Source of the DNA: Mobula birostris
Lineage: Eukaryota
Direction of reading: 5' to 3'
Length of the DNA: 64,000 bases
NCBI RefSeq assembly: GCF_030028105.1
Contig: NC_092379.1
Coordinates: 27,955,821 to 28,019,820 of the forward strand
The position numbers and the translations under genes were made by a program. The notes under the pieces were generated by a model. That model was not told the DNA's origin. It was given only the letters and a program-made list of their open reading frames with translations, and did not search any database. Position 1 is the stretch's first letter. Every line of letters begins with the position of its first letter. Shown here piece after piece: positions 12,615-23,901 of this stretch.

Positions 12615-13259
12615 AATATAGCTTATTTGTTCCTGACGAAGTTACATGAAACTCAGTGCCTCGTTCACATCGTAACAGCCCATGCACAATCAATCACCAC
12701 TTCCAGCCGCGAAATTAATTGTTAAGTTATTCAGAAGAAAGCTACTTTCATAAGCTGCAGAAGAACAAATCAGAATCTCGTGCGCAGTGCTGCTTGCTCA
12801 GTACTGCTTTTCACATCAATTCTCTCGTCTCCACGTTCTGCCAGAAATCCACGTCATAGAAGAGTAAAGATTGCTATTTCATCATTTGCTGCAGCCAAGC
12901 TTCGTTACCGTCCGATCTATTCTGCTCGCACCCTCTGCCTCAATGAGCAATCGCAATTTGTTAACAGTCTTCTCGACAAGAATTACTGGCTGCCCCGCAT
13001 TCTTCGCCTTTGAGCGGCGTTGCACTTTTCATGTCAGCTCACAAAGTATTTGATATGTTTGTTCTGCACTTCTGCAATCGCCTCCGCACAATTTGATTTC
13101 CTGCATTGCGTCTGAACGCCTCTTTTATTGTGTTTTAGAGACTCAACACTGTGCGTTGCCTGTTGTGATTGGTCGCTTTGGACAAGGTATGTGTTTTTAT
13201 TCTCTGGCAATGTGTCTCCACTCTGTGGTCACAAGAGTTCAGACTCAAACAGCGTGAAT

Positions 13260-13734
13260 ATGAAGAACTGTCTCACTCTGCTCCTCATTATTGCGTTTTT
13301 TCTGGGTGAGATATTCCTTCACTGTAATAATCCACAGATGACTAAATCCCTGTAAACAGGTTTTATTTACTATTTATCTAACCATAGTATTCGAAGTAGA
13401 GCTTATGATCTATGATTTATTTTACTGTTAGACTGGAGCCTTCAAGACTCAGTGGAACAGTCAGTGGATGCAACGACGATCGAGGAAGAAAGTAATGTTC
13501 CACTAAACTGCACTTTACAAACAAGTGCTACAATTCCGGAAGGTTTCTGGTACAGGCAGCACCCCGGACAGCGACCAGAGTATTTGTTTCGGATCATCGC
13601 AGGGAAAGTAGAACGAAATAAAGATGTAACCGACCGATTATCTGTCTCCTATAATAAGAGTGAAAAATATACCGAACTCTCGATTAAGAAAGCCAAAATC
13701 ACTGACTCGGCCACGTACCTCTGCGCGATGAGCA
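13260..13734 (+). CDS. TRAV: TCR alpha-type V segment V3, intact (leader 13260-13305, intron 13306-13431, V exon 13432-13734)
   Basis: MKNCLTLLLIIAFFL-G, GTGAG donor, AG acceptor, open 303-bp exon ending DSATYLCAMS, consensus 23-RSS. Confidence 0.9.
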
Positions 13735-13773
13735 CACAGTGCTGTAAAAACTCAACTATCTCGAACAAAAACC
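13735..13773 (+). other. 23-RSS of V3
   Basis: CACAGTG + 23 nt + ACAAAAACC. Confidence 0.97.
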
Positions 13774-13797
13774 CACTTTCACGATTTCCTCGAGATA

Positions 13798-13811
13798 TCG
13801 ATAGAGGGCGA
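13798..13811 (+). promoter_or_regulatory. Forward RSS-proximal CTCF-like motif (V3)
   Basis: TCGATAGAGGGCGA, 24 bp after the nonamer. Confidence 0.62.
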
Positions 13812-14564
13812 ACAAACCAAGGGGAACACAGATGCCTCTTTAACCATGTGAGCAATTGTTTTCACATAGTTATTGTTTCGGAATTTCTCTGTCAGTATGG
13901 TTAAAATGAGAAAAAAAAAACTCCAGATATTTCTGATACCATAGATTTTATGATAATTCAAAATCGCTTGTATTATAGCCGATGATGAAGGGCAACCCAG
14001 TACAGCCCGAGGACCATACCTTGCATGCCAGTTTTGCAAAATCAGAGCATTCCTTTTTGATCATTGTGGTTTGTGAGTCATTTATCAAAATCTGCAGAAA
14101 ACGTCCTGTCTGGCGTGGCAACATCATACCCTGCTGAGGGAACACAGGGAAGAAGAAGTCGATCTGGTTTTATTCGTTTATTTCTGAGTCTGTACCTCAG
14201 AAAATAGGTGCGTGACTAATTCATGTAAATTAGGCAATAATTACGCTGATTATTCTCAGAATTGTGGGAAAAGTAGATATTGTTACTCCATCCTGACATA
14301 TATATCTGCGTATATCTATCGATCCTTAATGTACATCTGACTGATGTTGAACAAGTTGATCACTGGGAATTTTCAAACCAGATTTATCAGAAAAAAAGAG
14401 CACCTCATAAGCTGCGAAAGATTTGTCTGACACCCATTACAGAGATATTTTCCTTATTTTTATTTCACATGACAATTATAACAAAGAGAAACGTTTGGAA
14501 CACCCAACCAGCCTGCGAAAATCGAAGAATGAGCAGTCCCAGTAAGCGAATTACTTATGCTTTG

Positions 14565-14578
14565 CTGCCATCTGTTGG
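14565..14578 (-). promoter_or_regulatory. Reverse CTCF-like motif of a V-deleted module
   Basis: Minus strand CCAACAGATGGCAG; orthologous to 5164-5177. Confidence 0.65.
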
Positions 14579-14974
14579 AATATATCAACTTGATTTCTGG
14601 CGAAGCTGCATGAAACTCAGAAACTCCTTTACGTCCCAACAGCCTATAAACAAGCAATCACAACATCCATCCGTCAAATTCATTGGTAGGTTATTCAGCG
14701 AAAAGCTACTTGTATAGACTGCATGTGAGCCGGTCAAAATGCCCTGTGCATTGCTGCTTGTTCATTTCTGCTTTTCAGATCAACTCCTGAATCGCTACGC
14801 TTTGCCAGAAATCCACGTCAGTCAAGGGTAAAGACTGTTGTTTCATCTTATGCTGCAAACACGCTTCGCTACCCTACCATTTATTCTGCTCGGACCCTCT
14901 GCCTCGATGAGCAAGTGTAATTTATTGACGGTCTTCTCCAATAATGTTGACGTCTTCCCCGCACCAATTCACCT

Positions 14975-15000
14975 TAGAGTGGCGCTTTCACAGATTGCTC
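14975..15000 (+). other. Deletion scar: promoter-proximal region, leader, V exon and RSS removed (~750-765 bp)
   Basis: GAGTGGCG-CT-TTCACAG joins sequence found upstream of V2/V7 (55042-55051) directly to sequence just after the nonamer (~55815); 2-bp CT microhomology. Confidence 0.88.
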
Positions 15001-15006
15001 TGGAGC

Positions 15007-15020
15007 TCGATAGAGGGCGA
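15007..15020 (+). promoter_or_regulatory. Forward CTCF-like motif retained after V deletion
   Basis: TCGATAGAGGGCGA ~20 bp beyond the deletion junction. Confidence 0.6.
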
Positions 15021-16365
15021 TCAAATCAAACCGAACATAAATGCTAACTGAAGTCCAGAGGCTTCGTCCAACATTTCTCGCCCCAGTGAAGTATTGGCTT
15101 GACATTTAGAATGGATGTTTTTCCCCTTGAATGACTGCAACTGTGATCAAAACCATTAATCTTCAATGATTTCTCTGTGTTACCTAATTTTTTCTGAATA
15201 TTCTCTTTTCGCATCTGAAGCTTCCACCATCATCATTACGGATACATTAATCCTTTTAAGGGTTATTTTAACAGAGAAATTCATTAAATTTTGAGACAAA
15301 AATAGCACATGTAGCAAGTAACATATTTCAAAGCGCTTTAGAAGGTTTCATGTAGCTTTTGATTTCAGTCAGAGATTTAATCACACTTTGGTGAATTGTT
15401 GTGCTGTATGTCGTTGATTTTTATTAACGCACAAGGGCTTACGTATTTAAACGCCAGCGTCAGATTGTTTCGGACATAAGCAAAAAAAATGCAGTTCATT
15501 ATTTATGCAGAATATTAGTAACTTCCTTAAATTTCTATCACGTCAGTTCAATTTGCATCCCATGTCTGCAGTATTTGGTTTCCCGAATTAGCAGATGCTT
15601 CTCACAGTCTTACTCCTCCAGTTCCATCTTTACTGAGCTGGATTTCCAAATTCCCGCACTTGCATAAGTTCACCACACGGCGCATATTTGGCCGTTTTGA
15701 CGGTTGCGCTCATACCGCATTGCGTTACATATCGTCGAGGCATTATTATTGACTTAATATCTAGTGTGTCCATATGCAATTGATCCACGCAGTAGATACC
15801 AGGACGTGTAAAGGGATATTCATTCGTCGCATCTCGCTTCCCTCAGTGTACTACTCCGACTGCAATATAAGGCACAAAGTGAAACCCATGAACTACCGCT
15901 TTACGAAGAGCAATAATATTCTAGTAAATTCGACAACTTTTTAATTTACCAAAGAGATCTCTTTAAAATACGAATATGTGAATGTTACTATTGGTGAGAT
16001 ATGAGTGACGTGTTTGATAGAAGCAACATCGCGATCGATTTATAATGTATAATTATATTTCGGTTTGGTGCAACAGTTGGTTTTGGAATGAGAGAATTTA
16101 TTCATAGAGATTAAATAATATGAGCTACCGGTTCGATAGTTTGGCTGTTTCGTGATCCAACATACCAATAGGCCGGTATTAAGAAGCAATATGCTAAAGA
16201 TGGCATATGCTACTTCTCCCACCATCCATGCTCTAATTTAAGATAAATAATCTGGAGGCTACGGGCCACGGATTATACTGCGAGCATATGGGTTGATAAT
16301 TATTGGTTGAAATCAGGCACCACTATAATAATCACCGCATTTAATAGATAGTGGAGTCTGCAATG

Positions 16366-16648
16366 GGAGCTTGAAGACTCATGCAGCCAGATTTGGTAAC
16401 AGCTTCTTTCCAACTGTGATAAGACTACTGAACGGACTCTGACCCGGATCTGGGCTGTACCCTGCTTCTCGTTTTTTTGCACTACCTTATTTTCAATTTT
16501 ATATGTGCTATTTATGATTTATATATATGTATATTAATATTTACTATCGATTAGTAGTCCAGGGAGTGGGAAGCTCAGAATCAAATATCGCTGTGATGAT
16601 TGTACGTTCTGGTATCAATTGTTTGTCGACAATAAATTATAAAGTATA
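16366..16648 (+). mobile_element. Rex1/Babar-type LINE 3' fragment
   Basis: Reads LKTHAARFGNSFFPTVIRLLN, then a 3' UTR with AATAAA; absent at the orthologous point of cassette 3 (~34363). Confidence 0.65.
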
Positions 16649-16959
16649 CGCGTGGATAGCTTCTCCGGTGTTTATGAGGTGATGAGGGGTCAATCCACTA
16701 ATTGTGTGGTCGCTACGTGCACGCAACTCATTTTTGAATAGCAAATAGGGTAAAATTTATAAACAGACACTGAAGGGAATTTCACTCATCCAATCCTATG
16801 GGATAATCAGGCAAGTGTTCATGAGTTTTCAATCTCCCTGGACATTAAACAACAACACCAACAAAAACGACAACGACAATACGATGAAGATTTTCCTCTG
16901 AGGAGACGCAGGTGATGATTTTAATGCTGAGGATTTGTGAACAGATTACTAGATACTGA

Positions 16960-17420
16960 CTTAAGTGCATGTCCTCGGTGATGGTGACTGGCGCGGAGTC
17001 TGCAGTGAGGCATACCAACTCTTTGACGTATCGCCTTTGGCAGGTATCCTGGTTGACTTTAAAATGTTATACGTTTTATTGTTTGTTTGTTTTTGTTCCT
17101 GTACAGTTGCCCCACCATACCAGACACTGATGCAAACAATTATAATAGTCCCCATATATCTCTAGAAATTACTGTGAGTATTTGATGGAAGACCAATTCT
17201 GAAGCCGCCAGTGACACTTAGCCGCTGCAATGCCTTCTTTGTAATTGTGCCCAGGACAAATCCACAGTGGTGTCGATAACCACGCATTCGAAACTGCATA
17301 TCCTTGCACTTCTGATTGGTATGTGCTCCATCCACTTCCATTCCTGAAGTCCAAAAAGAATTTTGGCCTTACTAAGCCAACACTCAAGCATTGATCTCTA
17401 AGAAGAAGAAGAAACATAAA
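16960..17420 (-). mobile_element. Old Rex1/Babar-type RT remnant
   Basis: Minus strand CISVWYGGATVQEQ and ..FLDFRNGSG; homologous to 54450-54690. Confidence 0.55.
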
Positions 17421-18304
17421 TACCTGCTGGAGCTGTTGTACTTCCGCTTTTGCATCATACTTTAATTGGGTAATAAATTACGCGAAGAAACGGTGCATGC
17501 TGCATAACAACGCAGCTCGAGCAATGTACATCATCTTGTGCAAGTGCAATCTAGCGAATATCTGAGAAAAAGATAGAACATATAAATGTTCCCATTTCCA
17601 CTGGTGTGCACGATAACAGGAATAACTGCAAACACCTCTCCCATCGATTTTACGGTAATCAGCATGTGCAAATACTCAGTGGCATTGAAAACAACTGCAC
17701 AAAATAAACTCTGGTCTTCCAGCAAGTCTCAAAGACGTCTACACAAATAAATAACGCTACCATCTTTTCGATAAGTTCTGAAGTTATTCAGAGAAAAGCT
17801 AAATTGGCAGACGCCGGTGAGAGACGAAGAAATGTTGCGCGCCAGAAGTTTTAGCTCGTTTCAGCATTTTTATAAAAAATCCCATCCCCCTGTGTTCTGC
17901 CTGAAATCGACCAGAGATGTTTACGGTCTGATATTATCTCTTTTTTGGCACACTTACTTCGTAACACCGCTTTCCATACTTCTGGCATAATCTGCATCAG
18001 CGTGCAAGCGCAGATTGATGACAATCTTCTCCAAGGCGCCCACTAGCTTCATTACATTCGCTCACCGAGGAGCGGCACTGTGTAGTTAATGCTGACACAG
18101 CAAGACTTTAATCCATATGTTGCATACCTTTGCCAGTTGCGAGTTGACCTGTCGAATCCTGCTAAACTTTTGAAAGCTTTTTGTCACAGATTTGATACTG
18201 TTAGATTGCGCTTGAGGTCGGCTGTTTTAGACAGATTTTGCCGTATTTTTAATCCGACACTCTGTTTGCACTGCACGATTACAGGGTTACAGAGTCGGGG
18301 GAAC

Positions 18305-18780
18305 GTTATTGTAAGGGGCAGATTCCAGCCGCACCTCATTACTATGTTCCTCCTCGATAAATTGTTACTTCACTGTAATAACCTATGTTAATGTAGAATA
18401 CTACTTTAATACCGGAGGCTACTCTAGATTAGTACCGTAATATTCCAAACTACTCTAACTATTCTTCAACGACGGATATGCTATTTAGGGTTGCAATTTG
18501 TTGGAAATGTTGATTGTGATTTCTTATTTATTTTACAGTTAAACTAGAATCATTAAGACATTATGGAACAGTTCCTCAGTTAAACAACCATCCATGAAAA
18601 CAAAACATAAGACAGTTTTGAGTTTAACTGTGCAACCAGGTGGTGCTCTCACAGATGTGTTCCTGAACAGACAACAACCGAAGTAATTGTTGCGGATTTC
18701 AGCAGAGAAAGTAAATCGACAAAAAAATGTATACATAACTACTGTGTTCAAACCCGACTCCGCCATGTACCTCTGCGAAA
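18305..18780 (+). pseudogene. TRAV: Highly decayed TRAV pseudogene (leader 18305-18356, V exon 18539-18780)
   Basis: Leader start ATG>GTT and donor GT>AT; V exon retains FNC, LRISAEKV and DSAMYLCE but has stops and deletions including the WYRQ codons. Confidence 0.8.
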
Positions 18781-18819
18781 GACAATGCATTAAAGTCTAT
18801 TTTGCACTGAACAAAAAAC
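18781..18819 (+). other. Degenerate 23-RSS
   Basis: GACAATG + 23 nt + ACAAAAAAC; the essential first C of CAC is lost. Confidence 0.8.
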
Positions 18820-18842
18820 ACTTTCAAAAATCTAAGGTGAGC

Positions 18843-18856
18843 TCGATAGAGGGCAA
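18843..18856 (+). promoter_or_regulatory. Forward CTCF-like motif after the decayed V
   Basis: TCGATAGAGGGCAA, 23 bp after the nonamer. Confidence 0.6.
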
Positions 18857-19534
18857 GCTAATAAAAAGAAAAAAAAGGATGGCAAAGCAATGTGGATACA
18901 AATTCTTACTAACGTCAGAAGGCTTAATTGAATGGCTTTAAAATGTCGACTGTCCAGCACACACGCATTAATATTCTCTTCTATATTTTTTTGTATATCT
19001 TTTGCATTTAGATCGTTTTAACCGTGCTCCCACCAGAATCTGATTTCACGTCCTCGGTGCTGTTTAAATGTAACATCCCTCCTTAAGTCTTGCAAATACC
19101 AATAGATTGATATTTTGAAGGGGGTGGCCGATGGATAGACAGCAAAATGGCAAAAGACGTGCTCATATTTTGATCAGACAAAACTTCCCATCAACACCAG
19201 AAATGAACAAACGTATGGTTATCTAACACAGGAACGATATTATCGATGTGGAGTTTAGTCAACGGCTGGTACACGTACTTCTGATATAATTTATAAACAG
19301 GCAGACTCTCACAGCTATCTTCACTATACCTCTTCTCACACATTCACTGGTAAAAATGGTCGCCCTTTGTCATTGTTATTTCTTCTCCTCTGTGTTCCGT
19401 TCTCAGTATGATGCTTTCAATAAAAGGGAAAGAACGTTTACGATGTATTATTCTGTAAAATATAGGGGTTCCCTTCCTCTAAAATCGATACTGCACTCAC
19501 ACGCATCTACGACATTTTCCATCGTCCCATCGCC

Positions 19535-19810
19535 GTGAGAGGGATAAAGTTCCGATTGTACTTCCGAGACTCAGCCAATACATCACGCCACGGAACTTCC
19601 GCTATCGTCCACAAGTCACGTTTCGAAGCACAAATTTCTCTCCACCTTTTTGCTGGGATCAACCTCTCCGTGACTCCATTTCATGCGCAACTGCGTACGG
19701 AACTCGATGCTGTCAATTTTTCTTGCAAATGGAATAGGTGCTAATTTTTCACATCACCTCCTCGCTCATCTCCAATCAGGGCCCAAACAGTCTTTCCAGA
19801 TGATTCAATA
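19535..19810 (+). mobile_element. Ancient Penelope-like remnant (mirrored at ~22630-22905)
   Basis: GGGATAAAGTTCCGATTGTAC.. and CCAATCAGGGCCCAAACAGTCTTTCCAG resemble the post-RT region of the 26-28 kb PLE. Confidence 0.5.
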
Positions 19811-19959
19811 GTTTACTCGCCTGTATTTCGTGGGCACCAACTTTGCCTGACAGTCCAGGCGCAGCCCAGAATGATAAAATAATATCGAGCTGGATTGGGG
19901 AACTTCTTCGGGCATCTTCGCTCTATCCTTAACAACAAAGTTCAAAGTAAATTTACTAT

Positions 19960-20470
19960 TGAGATCATTTACTTGCGAGCATACTCATGAAATTCAGTAA
20001 CTGTAATAGAGTCATTGAAATATGGAACACAACAGTGCAGACAATTAATAGTANNNNNNNNNNNNNNNNNNNNNNNNNNNNNNNNNNNNNNNNNNNNNNN
20101 NNNNNNNNNNNNNNNNNNNNNNNNNNNNNNNNNNNNNNNNNNNNNNNNNNNNNNNNNNNNNNNNNNNNNNNNNNNNNNNNNNNNNNNNNNNNNNNNNNNN
20201 NNNNNNNNNNNNNNNNNNNNNNNATGAAATTAATAAGTCCTTGAAAGCGATTCGTTAGCTTGGAGGAACAATTAACTGATGGGAAAGTTTTCCCCCTCTG
20301 GTTCAACAGCGTAATATTTGACAGGTAAGACATTTCCCTGGACCTAGAAACGTGAGGCTTGTGCCTCATTTACACTCCATGATGGCGAACCGCATGGGGC
20401 CCATGACTCGAGTGGTCCGGGTCCCTGATTATGAATGTTGTTTTCTTGCGACAGCAATCTGTGTAAATAT
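19960..20470 (-). mobile_element. Rex1/Babar 3' end in left arm (mirror copy ~21980-22505, + strand)
   Basis: DCCRKKTTFIIRDPDHSSHG-like RT C-terminus followed by a UTR ending AAATTTACTTTGAACTTTG; the N-run lies inside this UTR. Confidence 0.6.
20054..20223. other. N-run (170 nt)
   Basis: Directly visible; homologous position to the second N-run. Confidence 0.99.
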
Positions 20471-20749
20471 GCTTAATGATGTGGAATGTTTTATAGGTGA
20501 CGGACTTGGATGTATCAAGTACTGTTAACAGGATGTTCCGTTCAAAGACATTGTAGTTTCCATATAAATCTGTGATGAAGCTAATCAACATAATTTTACG
20601 TAGGAGCGTGCCCATGCGTGATCTTACTTTCCCAAACTCGAGGAAGTAGCGACCCTGCTTCCGAGGGTTGATAAATTTAAAGTTGCTGACCCTTCCTGCC
20701 ACTGATTCCGCTGACAAAGTCTGGTACATGCACCTCAGTTTTCCTCTAC

Positions 20750-21050
20750 CTGAAATCAACCACCAGCTCCCTGGGTCTTATTCACTTTGAATAAGATAAT
20801 ATTGCTGTGACAGATTTCGATCTGCCTCCTCTCTACTGAATCGTTATCATTCTTGATTCGGCAAACAATATCGTCAGCAAATGTAAATATAGCGGTTGAA
20901 CTGATGGTAGCCACATAGTCAGAATTATAAAGTGAATAGAGTAGGAGAAATAGCACACAGACATGTGGTGCAAATGTGCTGATGGAGATTATGGGTGAGT
21001 TTTTGTTGCTAATCCGAACTGATTGGGTCTGCATGTGTGGAAATCGAACA
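20750..21050 (-). mobile_element. Rex1/Babar RT core fragment in the palindrome spacer
   Basis: ISISTFAPHVCVLFLLLYSLYNSDYVA..IFTFADDIV..RIKNDNDSVERRQIE (GAPQGCVLSPLLYSLY and FADD equivalents). Confidence 0.75.
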
Positions 21051-22230
21051 CTCAAAACATCCCAGTAAATCTAATCCACACAATCTCTAATGTTCCTACA
21101 TCCTTCCGAAAAGCAGGCAACCTGAACTCAATAATTGTCCCAGTGTGATCTACTTAGTGTTTTATGGAGCCGAAGCATTACCTCGGAGCTCTTGAACTCC
21201 ATCTTGTGATTTACGACGCTCAACGAAACAGAAACTCTCTCAACAAGTCTTTAGAGCTGCTAAATATACTCCTATATATTCTATATTGAACTTGCAGAGG
21301 AACAACTCAGAGCTGAGTGAGTAGATACATCACTGTATTGATCACAAGCTCAAGGTAGAAGTTGCTCAGATCACTACGCCAGGCTTCTGAAGATACGTAC
21401 CCGATCCAGGGTCGGTTTGGGTTTCAAAGCCATCGGTTCCTGAGAATATTTTTCAGGGCGTGAAATGATATGGGTAGAATGCAAAGTAATCTGTTGATGG
21501 GGACAATAAATTAGCCATGATAAAATGACGGAAAAAAATGGACGGGCCGAATTCTGCTCATTCTTATTCTGCTTATTCTGATCCTATTTCGCATACTATT
21601 CTGGTTTGCGAAAAATAAGTGTTGCTTCGTTTTGGACTGAAGAAGTTGAAATTCTCTGGCAGCCCTGCAGAAAAACTCTCTGCAACAGTAACGAAAGCCA
21701 GTCATTGGAGCCAGCTGACTTCAGTCAGTTCTCCGTTCCAAATGGTTTGGCTTTTCAAAAAGACGTTCAGCGACGTTTCGATGACAGACTCTGAAGCAGG
21801 GCCGCTACTTCCTCGAGTTTGGGAAAGTAAGATCACGCATGGGCACGCTCCTACGTAAAATTATGTTGATTAGCTTCATCATTGACTTATATGGAAACTA
21901 CAATGTCTTTGAACAGAACATCCTGTTAACAGTACTTGATACATCCAAGTCCGTCACCTATAAAACATTCCACATCATTAAGCATATTTACACAGATTGC
22001 TGTCGCAAGAAAACAACATTCATAATCAGGGACCCGGACCACTCGAGTCATGGGCCCCATGCGGTTCGCCATCATGGAGTGTAAATGAGGCACAAGCCTC
22101 ACGTTTCTAGGTCCAGGGAAATGTCTTACCTGTCAAATATTACGCTGTTGAACCAGAGGGGGAAAACTTTCCCATCAGTTAATTGTTCCTCCAAGCTAAC
22201 GAATCGCTTTCAAGGACTTATTAATTTCAT

Positions 22231-22385
22231 NNNNNNNNNNNNNNNNNNNNNNNNNNNNNNNNNNNNNNNNNNNNNNNNNNNNNNNNNNNNNNNNNNNNNN
22301 NNNNNNNNNNNNNNNNNNNNNNNNNNNNNNNNNNNNNNNNNNNNNNNNNNNNNNNNNNNNNNNNNNNNNNNNNNNNNNNNNNNNN
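22231..22385. other. N-run (155 nt)
   Basis: Directly visible; mirror of 20054-20223. Confidence 0.99.
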
Positions 22386-23583
22386 TATTGTTAATTGTCT
22401 GCACTGTTGTGTTCCATATTTCAATGACTCTATTACAGTTACTGAATTTCATGAGTATGCTCGCAAGTAAATGATCTCAAAAGTAAATTTACTTTGAACT
22501 TTGTTGTTAAGGATAGAGCGAAGATGCCCGAAGAAGTTCCCCAATCCAGCTCGATATTATTTTATCATTCTGGGCTGCGCCTGGACTGTCAGGCAAAGTT
22601 GGTGCCCACGAAATACAGGCGAGTAAACTATTGAATCATCTGGAAAGACTGTTTGGGCCCTGATTGGAGATGAGCGAGGAGGTGATGTGAAAAATTAGCA
22701 CCTATTCCATTTGCAAGAAAAATTGACAGCATCGAGTTCCGTACGCAGTTGCGCATGAAATGGAGTCACGGAGAGGTTGATCCCAGCAAAAAGGTGGAGA
22801 GAAATTTGTGCTTCGAAACGTGACTTGTGGACGATAGCGGAAGTTCCGTGGCGTGATGTATTGGCTGAGTCTCGGAAGTACAATCGGAACTTTATCCCTC
22901 TCACGGCGATGGGACGATGGAAAATGTCGTAGATGCGTGTGAGTGCAGTATCCATTTTAGAGGAAGGGAACCCCTATATTTTACAGAATAATACATCGTA
23001 AACGTTCTTTCCCTTTTATTGAAAGCATCATACTGAGAACGGAACACAGAGGAGAAGAAATAACAATGACAAAGGGCGACCATTTTTACCAGTGAATGTG
23101 TGAGAAGGGGTATAGTGAAGATAGCTGTGAGAGTCTGCCTGTTTATAAATTATATCAGAAGTACGTGTACCAGCCGTTGACTAAACTCCCCATCGATAAT
23201 ATCGTTCCTGTGTTAGATAACCATACGTTTGTTCATTTCTGGTGTTGATGGGAAGTTTTGTCTGATCAAAATATGAGCACGTCTTTTGCCATTTTGCTGT
23301 CTATCCATCGGCCACCCCCTTCAAAATATCAATCTATTGGTATTTGCAAGACTTAAGGAGGAATGTTACATTTAAACAGCACCGAGGACGTGAAATCAGA
23401 TTCTGGTGGGAGCACGGTTAAAACGATCTAAATGCAAAAGATATACAAAAAATATAGAAGAGAATATTAATGCGTTTGTGCTGGACAGTCAATATTTTAA
23501 AGCCATTCAATTAAGCCTTCTGACGTTAGTAAGAATTCGTCTCCACATTGCTTTGCCATCCTTTTTTTTTTCTTTTCATTAGC

Positions 23584-23597
23584 TTGCCCTCTATCGA
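23584..23597 (-). promoter_or_regulatory. Inverted copy of RSS-proximal CTCF-like motif
   Basis: Minus strand TCGATAGAGGGCAA; convergent with 18843-18856. Confidence 0.6.
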
Positions 23598-23620
23598 GCT
23601 CAACTTCCATCTTTGAAAGT

Positions 23621-23659
23621 GTTTTTTGTTCAGTGCAAAATAGACTTTGATGCATTGTC
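23621..23659 (-). other. Degenerate 23-RSS, inverted copy
   Basis: Minus strand GACAATG + 23 nt + ACAAAAAAC. Confidence 0.8.
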
Positions 23660-23901
23660 TTTCGCGGAGGTACATGGCGGAGTCGGGTTTGAACACAATA
23701 GTTATGTATACATTTTTTTGTCGATTTACTTTCTCTGCTGAAGTCCGCAACAATTACTTCGGTTGTTGTCTGTTCAGGAACACATCTGTGAGAGCACCAC
23801 CTGGTTGCACAGTTAAACTCAAAACTGTCTTATGTTTTGTTTTCATGGATGGTTGTTTAACTGAGGAACTGTTCCACAATGTCTTAATGATTCTAGTTTA
23901 A
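23660..23901 (-). pseudogene. TRAV: Inverted, leaderless TRAV pseudo-exon
   Basis: Reverse complement of 18539-18780; the duplication starts in the intron, so no leader; Cys codon TGC>CGC (DSAMYLRE). Confidence 0.8.

Larger units (their letters stand above)
9604..16365. repeat. Segmental duplication, cassette 2 (colinear with 24993-34363; partly with 418-6870)
   Basis: Continuous similarity from GCAGAA(C/A)TACCTTAGTAGCGAAAT to TAATAGATAGTGGAGTCTGCAATGGG, interrupted only by copy-specific Penelope insertions. Confidence 0.92.

Noticed and set aside
14975-15000. Germline RAG-mediated joint
   Set aside because: The whole RSS is deleted and the break is at the nonamer side, not the heptamer border; microhomology fits ordinary end joining.
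19965-22474. ORFs spanning the N-runs and mirrored ORF pairs
   Set aside because: Artefacts of N translation and of the inverted repeat.
23660-23901. Functional inverted V recombining by inversion
   Set aside because: No leader, stops and deletions, Cys lost, heptamer GAC instead of CAC.
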